From Escherichia coli (GTDB taxonomy: Bacteria; Pseudomonadota; Gammaproteobacteria; Enterobacterales; Enterobacteriaceae), in assembly GCF_003790525.1 (NCBI RefSeq), contig NZ_CP033635.1: DNA of 64,000 bases, one strand, 5' to 3'. Made by a program: the position numbers and the translations under genes. Below are positions 36,489-49,700 of this stretch, piece by piece (position 1 is the stretch's first letter; each line of letters begins with the position of its first letter). The notes under the pieces were generated by a model. It did no database searches and was not told the DNA's origin. It worked only from the letters and a program-made list of their open reading frames with translations.

Positions 36489-36809
36489 ATGGGTAAAACG
36501 AACGACTGGCTGGACTTTGATCAACTGGCGGAAGAAAAAGTTCGCGACGCGCTAAAACCGCCATCTATGTATAAAGTGATATTAGTCAATGATGATTACA
36601 CTCCGATGGAGTTTGTTATTGACGTGTTACAAAAATTCTTTTCTTATGATGTAGAACGTGCAACGCAATTGATGCTCGCTGTTCACTACCAGGGGAAGGC
36701 CATTTGCGGAGTCTTTACCGCCGAGGTTGCAGAAACCAAAGTGGCGATGGTGAACAAGTACGCGAGGGAGAATGAGCATCCATTGCTGTGTACGCTAGAA
36801 AAAGCCTGA
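36489..36809 (+). CDS. clpS: ClpA adaptor protein ClpS
   Basis: 106 aa; [21 protein letters not shown] motif. Confidence 0.95.
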
Positions 36810-36839
36810 ATGCAGGCATAAAAATTGGGGGAGGTGCCT

Positions 36840-39116
36840 ATGCTCAATCAAGAACTGGAACTCAGTTTAAATATGGCTTTCGCCAGAGCGCGCGAGCACC
36901 GTCATGAGTTTATGACCGTCGAGCACTTGTTACTGGCGCTGCTCAGTAACCCATCTGCCCGGGAGGCGCTGGAAGCGTGTTCTGTGGATTTGGTTGCGCT
37001 CCGTCAGGAACTGGAAGCCTTTATTGAACAAACCACACCCGTTCTGCCTGCCAGTGAAGAGGAGCGCGACACACAGCCGACGCTGAGTTTTCAGCGTGTA
37101 CTGCAACGTGCGGTCTTCCATGTCCAGTCCTCCGGTCGCAATGAGGTTACCGGTGCAAACGTTCTGGTCGCTATTTTTAGCGAACAGGAGTCGCAGGCGG
37201 CATATCTGTTGCGTAAACATGAAGTCAGCCGTCTCGATGTGGTGAACTTTATCTCTCATGGCACGCGTAAAGACGAGCCGACACAGTCTTCTGATCCTGG
37301 CAGCCAGCCAAACAGCGAAGAACAAGCTGGTGGGGAGGAACGTATGGAGAATTTCACGACGAACCTGAATCAGCTTGCGCGAGTGGGCGGAATCGACCCA
37401 CTGATTGGTCGTGAGAAGGAGCTGGAGCGTGCTATTCAGGTTCTCTGCCGTCGCCGTAAAAACAACCCGCTGCTGGTGGGGGAATCTGGTGTCGGTAAAA
37501 CCGCGATTGCGGAAGGTCTTGCCTGGCGAATTGTTCAGGGCGATGTGCCGGAAGTGATGGCTGACTGTACGATTTACTCTCTCGATATCGGTTCTCTGTT
37601 AGCGGGCACTAAATATCGCGGCGACTTTGAAAAACGTTTTAAAGCGTTGCTCAAGCAGCTGGAGCAGGACACTAACAGCATCCTGTTTATTGATGAGATC
37701 CACACCATTATCGGTGCGGGTGCAGCGTCTGGTGGTCAGGTCGATGCGGCTAACCTGATCAAACCGTTGCTCTCCAGCGGTAAAATTCGCGTAATTGGTT
37801 CGACAACCTATCAGGAGTTCAGCAACATTTTCGAGAAAGACCGTGCTCTGGCGCGTCGCTTCCAGAAAATTGATATTACTGAACCGTCGATCGAAGAAAC
37901 TGTTCAAATCATCAATGGCCTGAAACCGAAGTACGAAGCGCACCATGACGTGCGTTATACCGCAAAAGCGGTGCGTGCAGCGGTAGAGCTGGCGGTGAAA
38001 TACATTAACGATCGTCATCTGCCGGATAAAGCCATTGACGTTATCGACGAAGCGGGCGCTCGCGCACGCCTGATGCCGGTAAGCAAACGCAAGAAAACCG
38101 TTAATGTGGCGGATATTGAGTCTGTGGTGGCCCGTATTGCGCGCATTCCAGAGAAGAGTGTTTCGCAGAGTGACCGCGATACCCTGAAAAACCTCGGCGA
38201 TCGCCTGAAAATGCTGGTCTTCGGTCAGGATAAAGCCATTGAGGCGCTGACTGAAGCCATTAAGATGGCGCGTGCAGGTTTAGGTCACGAACATAAACCG
38301 GTCGGTTCGTTCCTGTTTGCCGGTCCTACCGGGGTCGGGAAAACAGAGGTGACGGTACAGCTTTCGAAAGCTTTGGGCATTGAGCTTCTGCGCTTTGATA
38401 TGTCCGAGTATATGGAACGCCATACCGTCAGCCGTCTGATTGGTGCGCCTCCGGGATACGTTGGTTTTGATCAGGGGGGGCTGCTGACCGATGCGGTCAT
38501 CAAGCATCCGCACGCGGTACTGCTGCTGGACGAAATCGAGAAAGCGCATCCGGACGTGTTCAATATTCTGTTGCAGGTGATGGACAACGGTACGCTGACC
38601 GATAACAACGGACGCAAAGCGGACTTCCGTAACGTGGTATTGGTGATGACCACCAACGCTGGGGTACGAGAAACTGAGCGTAAATCGATTGGTCTTATCC
38701 ATCAGGACAACAGCACCGATGCGATGGAAGAGATCAAGAAGATCTTTACGCCGGAGTTTCGTAACCGTCTCGACAACATTATCTGGTTCGATCATCTCTC
38801 CACCGACGTGATCCATCAGGTAGTGGATAAATTCATCGTCGAGTTGCAGGTTCAGCTGGATCAGAAAGGTGTTTCTCTGGAAGTGAGCCAGGAAGCGCGT
38901 AACTGGCTGGCCGAGAAAGGTTACGACCGGGCAATGGGCGCACGTCCGATGGCGCGTGTCATCCAGGACAACCTGAAAAAACCGCTCGCCAACGAACTGT
39001 TGTTTGGTTCGCTGGTGGACGGCGGTCAGGTGACGGTTGCGCTGGATAAAGAGAAAAATGAGCTGACTTACGGATTCCAGAGTGCACAAAAGCACAAGGC
39101 GGAAGCAGCGCATTAA
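36840..39116 (+). CDS. clpA: ATP-dependent Clp protease ATP-binding subunit ClpA
   Basis: Two AAA+ modules ([16 protein letters not shown]); start at MLNQELE. Confidence 0.95.
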   Translation: MLNQELELSLNMAFARAREHRHEFMTVEHLLLALLSNPSAREALEACSVDLVALRQELEAFIEQTTPVLPASEEERDTQPTLSFQRVLQRAVFHVQSSGRNEVTGANVLVAIFSEQESQAAYLLRKHEVSRLDVVNFISHGTRKDEPTQSSDPGSQPNSEEQAGGEERMENFTTNLNQLARVGGIDPLIGREKELERAIQVLCRRRKNNPLLVGESGVGKTAIAEGLAWRIVQGDVPEVMADCTIYSLDIGSLLAGTKYRGDFEKRFKALLKQLEQDTNSILFIDEIHTIIGAGAASGGQVDAANLIKPLLSSGKIRVIGSTTYQEFSNIFEKDRALARRFQKIDITEPSIEETVQIINGLKPKYEAHHDVRYTAKAVRAAVELAVKYINDRHLPDKAIDVIDEAGARARLMPVSKRKKTVNVADIESVVARIARIPEKSVSQSDRDTLKNLGDRLKMLVFGQDKAIEALTEAIKMARAGLGHEHKPVGSFLFAGPTGVGKTEVTVQLSKALGIELLRFDMSEYMERHTVSRLIGAPPGYVGFDQGGLLTDAVIKHPHAVLLLDEIEKAHPDVFNILLQVMDNGTLTDNNGRKADFRNVVLVMTTNAGVRETERKSIGLIHQDNSTDAMEEIKKIFTPEFRNRLDNIIWFDHLSTDVIHQVVDKFIVELQVQLDQKGVSLEVSQEARNWLAEKGYDRAMGARPMARVIQDNLKKPLANELLFGSLVDGGQVTVALDKEKNELTYGFQSAQKHKAEAAH

Positions 39117-39140
39117 TCTGATTGTCTGGTAGGTTGGTGA

Positions 39141-39178
39141 AGTCCGTAATCTCGAAAGAGGTTACGGACTTTTTGTTT
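39141..39178 (+). terminator. clpA terminator
   Basis: AGTCCGTAATCTCGAAAGAGGTTACGGACT followed by TTTTGTTT. Confidence 0.6.
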
Positions 39179-39399
39179 GTAGGGTGGAGGAGGTTCAGAC
39201 CCTTTTTTTGATGATGATGGTAAGTTGTTGATAATTAGTGCTGCGGGAAGGTAAGGATAAAAAAGGGTGGTAGCAGGAAAATGAGATGGTTTTGCTTTAT
39301 TAATAACGGACTAAACGTGTAGTATTTGAGCTCACTGCCGTACAGGCAGATAAAATGCGAAAAAAAGCCCGTACTTTCGTACGAGCTCTTCTTTAAATA

Positions 39400-39487
39400 T
39401 GGCGGTGAGGGGGGGATTCGAACCCCCGATACGTTGCCGTATACACACTTTCCAGGCGTGCTCCTTCAGCCACTCGGACACCTCACC
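39400..39487 (-). tRNA. serW: tRNA-Ser (anticodon GGA)
   Basis: Reverse complement reads GGTGAGGTGTCCGAGTGG...CCTGGAAAGTG...GGTTCGAATCCCCCCCTCACCGCCA; long variable arm. Confidence 0.9.
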
Positions 39488-39675
39488 AAATTGTTTTGCT
39501 GCCAAACCTCATGGGTGGCAACGGGGCGCTACTATAGGGAGTTGGAGTAAAACGGTCAAGAAGAATTTTAATGATAATTATTGTTTGCTCATACTGTAAA
39601 CAAGTTGTGCAGTATATCTACATCGAGACAAGTTATGGACTTATACTTCCAAAGTACTTCATACATATCACAAAA

Positions 39676-39703
39676 TAAAAAGGTCGGTTAAACCGACCTT
39701 TTA
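39676..39703 (-). terminator. infA terminator
   Basis: AAAAGGTCGGTTAAACCGACCTTTT hairpin flanked by A/T runs. Confidence 0.5.
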
Positions 39704-39740
39704 CTCGTTCTTTCTCTTCGCCCATCAGGCGGTAAAACAA

Positions 39741-39962
<222 letters not shown>

Positions 39963-40243
39963 ATCCTCTGGGGTATCACTACCGTAATTTGAACCGGCAA
40001 GATAATGCCGAAGTTCTGTAAATAAGTAAAGATTTGCGCGCTAAATCGCAACAAACAGGTTCGGCACATTACTCCGAAAACACACGGCTAAGCCGCACCA
40101 AAAGCGCAACGTATAAGGGAGCGGTGAGATAAACGATGGGCGTTACCTGACGCGAAAAATTCCTTATCGGCAGCGGGGTAATGAGCGTAACCAACTCTGC
40201 GACCGCAATTATAACACTCTGGGGAGAAATGTGCCGAAAACAT

Positions 40244-40948
40244 TCATTCTTGTGGTGAAAACAAGCACCGTGGTACCCAGAAATTATTCGGCAATCGTCC
40301 GAGGCGCATTTGATTGAGATAATTTAGATAATCCCGGCGGGGAATTTCGCAGGCACCAAGCGAAGCTGTGTGATCGTTAAGGACCTGGCAGTCGATAAGC
40401 TTACCGCCATGACCAATAAATTCCTCACAGAATACCAGAAGCGCCGTTTTAGACGCATTTTCCATCCGGCTGAACATGGACTCGCCACAAAATAGCGTTC
40501 CCTGGGCCACGCCGTACATACCGCCGACAAGCTCATCTTCACGCCAGACTTCAATAGAGTGGGCATGACCGAGTTCGTGAAGGCGATGGTAGGCTTCGAC
40601 CACGCCACGCGTGATCCAGGTTCCTTCTTCGCGATCGCTGGCACAGCCTTCAATGACCTGACCAAAAGCGTAATTCATCGTGACTCGATAGGGCGAGCGT
40701 TTATGAAATCGCTTCATACTACGGCTGATATGCAGTGATTCTGGCCATAGCACCGCGCGGGGATCGGGCGACCACCAGAGGATGGGGTCGCCTGGAGAAA
40801 ACCACGGAAAAATACCACGCTGGTAAGCCATTAACAGGCGCGCAGGGCTAAGATCGCCCCCCAGTGCCAGCAGGCCGTTAGGCTCACGTAATGCGCCTTC
40901 CGGGGAAGGGAAGGCTATTGAATGGCGAGAAAGCTGAACCAGGCGCAT
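40244..40948 (-). CDS. aat: Leucyl/phenylalanyl-tRNA--protein transferase
   Basis: 234 aa; synteny with infA and cydC. Confidence 0.9.
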
Positions 40949-40989
40949 GACCGCAAAACTCCACGCAAGTCGGATCGTTCAATAATAGC

Positions 40990-42711
40990 TTACAAACCCT
41001 GCTTAAACTGGTAATAACGCCCCTGTCGGGCAAGCAGTTCTGCGTGAGTACCTTGCTCAATAATTTGCCCGTTGTCCATCACTATTATTTGCTGGAAACG
41101 AGAGAGCCCGCGAAGTCGATGGGTGACCATTAACACCGTTTTCTCACGCATCATTTCTGCAAGTAATTCAAGGATCTGACTTTCAGTTGTGGCATCTAAG
41201 CCTTCGGTAGGTTCATCCAGCAATACCAGTGGCGCATCATGTAACAGCGCACGGGCGATAGCCAGACGGCGCAGTTCACCACCGGAGAGCTGGCGTCCGC
41301 CTTCACCCAACCAACTGTTGAGACCTGCATCCTCGAGCAGCTTCTCCAGACCAACGCGACGCAAGATCTCCGCCAGAGCCTCATCACTACTATCAGGCGA
41401 GGCGAGTAACAGATTATCACGCAGCGTGGCGCTAAACAGATGCACTCGCTGTGGCACAACGCTGATGGTCTGTCGTAGAGTCGCTTCATTCAGGCTGGCT
41501 ATGGGGCTATCGTTAAGCAAAATCTCGCCCTGTTGCGGGTCCCATGCGCGGGTCAGCAGTTGTAACAATGTTGATTTGCCGCATCCGGTTCGCCCGAGAA
41601 TCGCTATATGTTCTCCGGCGTTTACCTGAAGAGAAATCCCTTTAAGTGCCTGTTGGGATTGCTCTGGATAAGTGAACTGAACATCCCGTAATGTCAGCGA
41701 AACACGATCGGCAACACGAGTTTGGGTATCAGGGAAGGTGACTTCCGGTTTTTGATCCGTTAAGTCAGTGATCCGTACGGCAGAGGCAATGACTTGCCCC
41801 AGATGCTGAAATGCACCCGTTACTGGTGCCAGTGCTTCAAACGCGGCTAACGCGCAGAAGACAAACAGGGCAATTAACGCGCCGGGTTGAGCATTGCCGC
41901 CAACGCCGCCAGACGCCATCCACAGCATCAGGATCACCGCTAACGCGCCAATGAGCAGCATTATCGCTTGCGACAATGCGGTGAGTTCAGATTGACGACG
42001 TTGCGATTCCAGCCACTGAATTTCGGTATTCTCTAACTGCGTGCGATAACGATCGCTGGCACCAAAAATGGTCAGCTCAGCTTGCCCTTGCAGCCAGGCC
42101 GTCAGTTGTTGGCGATACTGCCCGCGAAGATGAGTCAGATTTTGCCCGGTGCTTTTTCCCGCACGATAAAACAGTGGTGGCATAAGGAAAAGCGTCAGTA
42201 ACATAATGCCGCCCAGCGTAAAGGCGAGGGTGAAATCAAGGAAACTTAACCCGATTGTCACCACCATAATCACCACAAAAGCGCCCACCAGCGGCGAGAT
42301 AACGCGCAGGTAAAGATGATCGAGCGTATCAACATCCGCCACCACGCGGTTGAGCAATTCGCCCTGACGATAGCGCGCCAGTCCGGCAGGGGAGAGGGGC
42401 AGCAATTTGCTGAAGGTATAAATGCGCAGATGCTGCAACACGCGGAAAGTCGCGTCGTGACTTACCAGGCGTTCAAAATAGCGCCCGGCAGTACGGGTGA
42501 TTGCTGCGCCACGCACGCCCGCAGCGGGTAGCATATAGTTGAAGCTGTACAGTCCGGCAACCCCCGCAACCGCTGAGGCGGAGAGGAACCAGCCCGAAAG
42601 TGTCAACAGACCGATGCTGGCGAGCAGCGTGACAATTGCCAGCACAATACCAAGACTTAACATCCATTTATGACGTTTATACAGTGCCAGATAGGGTAGC
42701 AAAGCGCGCAT
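40990..42711 (-). CDS. cydC: Cysteine/glutathione ABC exporter subunit CydC
   Basis: 573 aa TMD plus ABC ATPase (GRTGCGKST, LSGGE). Confidence 0.9.
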   Translation of the reverse strand: MRALLPYLALYKRHKWMLSLGIVLAIVTLLASIGLLTLSGWFLSASAVAGVAGLYSFNYMLPAAGVRGAAITRTAGRYFERLVSHDATFRVLQHLRIYTFSKLLPLSPAGLARYRQGELLNRVVADVDTLDHLYLRVISPLVGAFVVIMVVTIGLSFLDFTLAFTLGGIMLLTLFLMPPLFYRAGKSTGQNLTHLRGQYRQQLTAWLQGQAELTIFGASDRYRTQLENTEIQWLESQRRQSELTALSQAIMLLIGALAVILMLWMASGGVGGNAQPGALIALFVFCALAAFEALAPVTGAFQHLGQVIASAVRITDLTDQKPEVTFPDTQTRVADRVSLTLRDVQFTYPEQSQQALKGISLQVNAGEHIAILGRTGCGKSTLLQLLTRAWDPQQGEILLNDSPIASLNEATLRQTISVVPQRVHLFSATLRDNLLLASPDSSDEALAEILRRVGLEKLLEDAGLNSWLGEGGRQLSGGELRRLAIARALLHDAPLVLLDEPTEGLDATTESQILELLAEMMREKTVLMVTHRLRGLSRFQQIIVMDNGQIIEQGTHAELLARQGRYYQFKQGL

Positions 42712-44478
42712 TTAAATCTCCTCCTGACGATGGGCCAGCAATGTGGCGAAAGGACCACCAGCCACGCTTAATTCCGCGTAACGTCCTTGCTCAATAATCT
42801 GACCATCCTGCATTACCCAAATGACATCCCAGTCAGCAAGATCTTCTAACTGGTGGGTGACCATTAACGTTGTCTGGCGCAGAGAGGCGGCATTAAGCGC
42901 CTCCATTACGCGCTGTTCACTGTGAGCATCAAGGCTGGCAGCGGGTTCATCCAACAGTAATAGCGAACAGGGATTCAGTAATGCTCGGGCCACCGCCACG
43001 CGCTGCGCCTGCCCCACGGAAAGGCGGGCAGCCTGGTCACCAACAGGCGTATCAACGCCTTGTGGCAGGAGCGGTAGAAACTCACTGACCCAGGCGTTAT
43101 CCAGTGCTGCTTGTAACTCGTGTTCGTTGGCATCAGGTCGCGCCAGTAGTACGTTATCCCGTAGTGTTGCTGCCGGTAATTGTGGGTTTTGCCCAACCCA
43201 GGAGAGATGTTTACGCCATGATTCTGGTGATAAATCGCGTAATTCTATCCCGTTGATTCGTAGCGATCCCTGATATGAGAGAAAACCAGAAAGCGCGTTC
43301 AGCAGTGAGCTTTTACCTGAACCGCTGCGACCAACCAACACTGCACGTTGGCCTGCTGGCAAAGTAAAGTTCAGCGGTCCGGCCAGCGTTTTACCTTCTG
43401 GTGATGTAATAAACAGCTCCTCGGCTTCAATGGTCACCGGATCGGTCGATGCTAATTCCGCCTCACCACGCTGCGGATGGGCAAGCGGGGTTTCCATAAA
43501 CGTTTTCAAACTGTCAGCTGCACCAACAGCCTGGGCTTTAGCATGATAAAACGTACCGAGATCGCGTAATGGCTGGAAAAACTCCGGCGCAAGGATCAGG
43601 GCCAGAAAACCCGCAGCCAGCGTCACGCCAGTATCATAGTGACCAAAATCCAGCTCGCCGAGATAGGAAAAACCAAAGTAGACCGCCACCAGAGCAATTG
43701 ACAGCGAGGTAAAAAATTCGAGAATGCCGGAGGATAAAAACGCCAGCCGTAGCACTTCCATTGTCCGTTGGCGGAAATCTTCCGAAGCAGAACGAATACT
43801 TTCAATTTCAGCTTCACCACGACCAAAAATACGCAATGTTTCCATGCCGCGCAGGCGATCGAGAAAATGCCCACTTAAGCGAGCAAGAGCGAGAAAGTTA
43901 CGTCGGTTAGCATCGGCAGCCCCCATTCCAACCAGCGCCATAAACAACGGAATTAACGGAGCAGTGCCCAGCAGAATGAGCGCCGCAGCCCAGTTAGAGG
44001 GGAAGATAGCCACCACAATCAGCAACGGCACCGACACTGCCAGCGCCATTTGCGGCAGGTAGCGTGCATAGTAATCATGCATATCGTCAATTTGCTCGAG
44101 TACCAGCGTCGCCCAGCTCCCCGCCGGTTTACCCTGAATCCACGCTGGCCCTGCTTGTTGCAGACGGTCGAGAACCTGACGGCGGATGGCAAAGCGGATA
44201 TGCTGCCCGGCGTGATAACCCACCCGTTCGCGTAACCAGACCACCCATGCGCGCAGTACAAAGGTCAGAACCAGTAACGTAAAGGGAAGCAGCAGGGCTT
44301 CACGGGGAATATTCTCCATAATCATATGTTGCAGAATTCGCGCCATGAACCAGGCCTGGGCAATGATCAATATGCCGCTCACAAAGCCCAGCAGACGAGA
44401 AATATTCAGCCAACGTTGGGAGATGACGCTTTGCTGTTTTAACCAGCGGGTTAACTCTTTTTGACGGGATTTATTCAT
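42712..44478 (-). CDS. cydD: Cysteine/glutathione ABC exporter subunit CydD
   Basis: 588 aa TMD plus ABC ATPase (GRSGSGKSS). Confidence 0.9.
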   Translation of the reverse strand: MNKSRQKELTRWLKQQSVISQRWLNISRLLGFVSGILIIAQAWFMARILQHMIMENIPREALLLPFTLLVLTFVLRAWVVWLRERVGYHAGQHIRFAIRRQVLDRLQQAGPAWIQGKPAGSWATLVLEQIDDMHDYYARYLPQMALAVSVPLLIVVAIFPSNWAAALILLGTAPLIPLFMALVGMGAADANRRNFLALARLSGHFLDRLRGMETLRIFGRGEAEIESIRSASEDFRQRTMEVLRLAFLSSGILEFFTSLSIALVAVYFGFSYLGELDFGHYDTGVTLAAGFLALILAPEFFQPLRDLGTFYHAKAQAVGAADSLKTFMETPLAHPQRGEAELASTDPVTIEAEELFITSPEGKTLAGPLNFTLPAGQRAVLVGRSGSGKSSLLNALSGFLSYQGSLRINGIELRDLSPESWRKHLSWVGQNPQLPAATLRDNVLLARPDANEHELQAALDNAWVSEFLPLLPQGVDTPVGDQAARLSVGQAQRVAVARALLNPCSLLLLDEPAASLDAHSEQRVMEALNAASLRQTTLMVTHQLEDLADWDVIWVMQDGQIIEQGRYAELSVAGGPFATLLAHRQEEI

Positions 44479-44600
44479 TGCACGCTTAGCAGGTGAGTTA
44501 TCAGAATTATTTGCAGAGCAATGTTACAACGAGGAAAAAATAAAGGCGACCCATAGTCGCATGGTGTCGCCTTCTTTACTTTTGTTACTGATTTGTAAAA

Positions 44601-45683
<1,083 letters not shown>

Positions 45684-46110
45684 TCAAATTCTCCCGTCAT
45701 TATCACCTCTGCTACTTAAATTTCCCGCTTTATAAGCCGATTAAATGATGAATAAACGCCCCTGTTAATGAATATCTGGCATGTTGTACTAAAAATCGAT
45801 GTTTTGCTTTGACAATCCCCTGGTGTTTTGCGAAAACATTCTAGGAAGAAAAAAAACAGTATTCTTATATGCGCATAATCATGCATGTAAATACCATGTT
45901 TACCGTGCTAGTGAAATCTACGTATGGCGTGGACAGACGCCATTCGTGATGTCGATAGCTGCCACAAGGCAACGGTCTTCTCACCGTAGACCCAGGCATT
46001 GCGCGCCGTGAATCTTCATGATTTCGGTCTATCGTGACGGGTAGCGACTCTGAACAGTGATGTTTCAGGGTCAGACAGGAGTAGGGAAGGAATACAGAGA
46101 GACAATAATA

Positions 46111-46605
46111 ATGGTAGATAGCAAGAAGCGCCCTGGCAAAGATCTCGACCGTATCGATCGTAACATTCTTAATGAGTTGCAAAAGGATGGGCGTATTTCT
46201 AACGTCGAGCTTTCTAAACGTGTGGGACTTTCCCCAACGCCGTGCCTTGAGCGTGTGCGTCGGCTGGAAAGACAAGGGTTTATTCAGGGCTATACGGCGC
46301 TGCTGAACCCCCATTATCTGGATGCATCACTTCTGGTATTCGTTGAGATTACTCTGAATCGTGGCGCACCGGATGTGTTTGAACAATTCAATACCGCTGT
46401 ACAAAAACTTGAAGAAATTCAGGAGTGTCATTTAGTGTCCGGTGATTTCGACTACCTGTTGAAAACACGCGTGCCGGATATGTCAGCTTACCGTAAGTTG
46501 CTGGGGGAAACCCTGCTGCGTCTGCCTGGCGTCAATGACACACGGACATACGTTGTTATGGAAGAAGTCAAGCAGAGTAATCGTCTGGTTATTAAGACGC
46601 GCTAA
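46111..46605 (+). CDS. lrp: Leucine-responsive regulatory protein
   Basis: 164 aa from MVDSKKRPGKDLDRIDRNIL...; AsnC-family HTH. Confidence 0.95.
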   Translation: MVDSKKRPGKDLDRIDRNILNELQKDGRISNVELSKRVGLSPTPCLERVRRLERQGFIQGYTALLNPHYLDASLLVFVEITLNRGAPDVFEQFNTAVQKLEEIQECHLVSGDFDYLLKTRVPDMSAYRKLLGETLLRLPGVNDTRTYVVMEEVKQSNRLVIKTR

Positions 46606-46739
46606 CACGGAACAGGTGCAAAATCGGCGTATTTTGATTACACTCCTGTTAATCCATACAGCAACAGTACTGGGGTAACCTGGTACTGTTGTCCGTTTTA
46701 GCATCGGGCAGGAAAAGCCTGTAACCTGGAGAGCCTTTC

Positions 46740-49700
46740 TTGAGCCAGGAATACACTGAAGACAAAGAAGTCACATTGACAAAGTTAAGTAGCGGCCGCC
46801 GCCTTCTGGAGGCGTTGCTGATCCTTATTGTCCTGTTTGCCGTCTGGTTGATGGCTGCCTTACTAAGCTTTAACCCTTCGGACCCCAGCTGGTCGCAAAC
46901 GGCCTGGCATGAACCTATCCATAATTTAGGTGGGATGCCCGGTGCATGGCTGGCAGATACGCTGTTCTTTATTTTTGGAGTGATGGCTTACACCATTCCC
47001 GTCATTATTGTCGGCGGTTGTTGGTTTGCCTGGCGTCATCAGTCCAGCGACGAATACATTGATTATTTTGCCGTTTCGCTACGCATCATTGGCGTTTTGG
47101 CGCTCATCCTTACCTCCTGTGGTCTGGCGGCAATCAACGCTGACGATATCTGGTATTTTGCCTCCGGTGGCGTCATTGGCAGCTTACTGAGCACTACGCT
47201 ACAACCACTGCTACACAGTAGCGGGGGAACTATTGCACTGCTCTGCGTTTGGGCAGCGGGCCTGACGCTGTTCACCGGTTGGTCATGGGTGACCATTGCT
47301 GAAAAACTCGGCGGCTGGATTTTAAATATTCTTACCTTCGCCAGTAATCGTACCCGTCGCGATGATACCTGGGTCGATGAAGATGAGTATGAAGACGACG
47401 AAGAATATGAAGAAGATGAAAGTCACGGCAAACAGCATGAATCACGCCGTGCCCGTATTCTTCGCGGCGCGCTAGCGCGTCGTAAACGGTTGGCGGAAAA
47501 ATTCATTAATCCGATGGGGCGGCAAACAGACGCTGCGTTGTTCTCCGGTAAGCGGATGGATGATGACGAAGAGATTACCTACACTGCACGCGGTGTGGCT
47601 GCCGACCCTGACGACGTCCTCTTTTCGGGCAATCGTGCAACGCAGCCAGAATATGACGAGTACGATCCATTATTAAACGGTGCGCCAATTACCGAACCTG
47701 TTGCTGTAGCAGCTGCTGCTACCACGGCGACACAAAGCTGGGCTGCGCCGGTTGAACCTGTGACTCAGACGCCGCCTGTTGCCTCTGTTGATGTTCCACC
47801 TGCACAACCTACAGTAGCCTGGCAGCCTGTACCGGGGCCACAAACGGGAGAGCCGGTTATTGCTCCTGCACCGGAAGGTTACCCACAGCAGCCACAATAT
47901 GCGCAGCCTGCAGTGCAATATAATGAGCCGCTGCAACAACCAGTACAGCCACAGCAGCCGTATTATGCACCTGCAGCTGAACAATCTGCGCAACAACCTT
48001 ACTACGCTCCTGCGCCGGAACAGTCTGCGCAACAGCCGTATTACGCCCCTGCGCCAGAACAATCGGTGGCAGGTAACGCCTGGCAAGCCGAAGAGCAGCA
48101 ATCCACTTTTGCTCCACAGTCTACATACCAGACGGAGCAAACTTATCAGCAGCCAGCCGCTCAGGAGCCGTTGTACCAACAGCCGCAACCCGTTGAACAG
48201 CAGCCTGTTGTGGAGCCTGAACCCGTTGTAGAAGAGACAAAACCCGCGCGTCCGCCGCTTTACTATTTTGAAGAAGTGGAAGAGAAGCGTGCCCGTGAAC
48301 GTGAACAACTTGCGGCCTGGTATCAACCGATTCCAGAACCTGTTAAAGAACCAGAACCGATCAAATCTTCGCTAAAAGCACCTTCTGTTGCAGCAGTACC
48401 TCCAGTGGAAGCCGCTGCCGCCGTTTCTCCGCTGGCATCTGGCGTGAAAAAAGCGACACTGGCGACGGGGGCTGCCGCAACCGTTGCCGCGCCAGTCTTC
48501 AGTCTGGCAAATAGCGGTGGACCGCGTCCACAGGTCAAAGAGGGGATTGGCCCCCAGTTGCCACGACCGAAACGCATCCGCGTGCCAACTCGTCGTGAAC
48601 TGGCGTCTTACGGTATTAAGCTGCCCTCACAGCGTGCGGCAGAAGAAAAAGCCCGTGAAGCCCAGCGCAATCAGTATGATTCTGGCGATCAGTATAACGA
48701 TGATGAAATCGATGCGATGCAGCAGGATGAACTGGCGCGTCAATTCGCCCAGACACAGCAGCAACGCTACGGCGAACAGTATCAACATGATGTGCCCGTG
48801 AACGCAGAAGATGCAGATGCTGCGGCAGAGGCTGAACTGGCTCGTCAGTTTGCTCAAACTCAACAACAACGTTATTCCGGCGAACAACCGGCTGGGGCGA
48901 ATCCGTTCACTCTGGATGATTTTGAATTTTCGCCAATGAAAGCGTTGCTGGATGATGGTCCACACGAACCGCTGTTTACGCCAATTGTTGAACCTGTACA
49001 GCAGCCGCAACAACCGATTGCACCGCAGCAACAGTATCAGCAGCCGCAGCAACCAGTTGCGCCGCAGCCGCAGTATCAGCAGCCGCAACAGCCGGTTGCA
49101 CCGCAGCAGCAATATCAGCAGCCGCAACAGCCGGTTGCACCACAGCCGCAATATCAGCAGCCGCAACAGCCAGTTGCGCCGCAGCCGCAGTATCAGCAGC
49201 CACAACAACCGGTTGCGCCGCAGCAGCAATATCAGCAGCCACAACAGCCAGTTGCGCCGCAGCCGCAGTATCAGCAGCCACAACAGCCAGTTGCGCCACA
49301 GCCGCAGGATACCCTGCTTCATCCGCTGTTGATGCGTAATGGCGACAGCCGTCCGTTGCATAAACCGACGACGCCGCTGCCTTCTCTGGATTTGTTGACG
49401 CCGCCGCCGAGCGAAGTGGAGCCGGTAGATACCTTTGCGCTTGAACAAATGGCGCGTCTGGTGGAAGCGCGTCTGGCTGATTTCCGTATTAAAGCCGATG
49501 TCGTCAATTACTCTCCGGGGCCAGTTATCACTCGCTTTGAACTTAACCTGGCACCTGGCGTAAAAGCGGCGCGCATTTCTAACTTGTCACGGGACCTTGC
49601 CCGTTCACTTTCGACGGTGGCGGTGCGTGTCGTTGAAGTTATTCCTGGCAAACCCTATGTAGGTCTGGAGTTACCGAATAAAAAACGACAAACCGTTTAT

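Noticed and set aside
39400-39487. serW tRNA as the integration site of the satellite
   Set aside because: The island's direct repeats lie between cspD and clpS, about 3 kb away, and the tRNA is intact with no duplicated 3' segment.
47673-49448. Several long ORFs antisense to or out of frame with ftsK
   Set aside because: These are artefacts of the low-complexity, repeat-rich Pro/Gln linker, which stays open in several frames. The only credible gene is ftsK itself.
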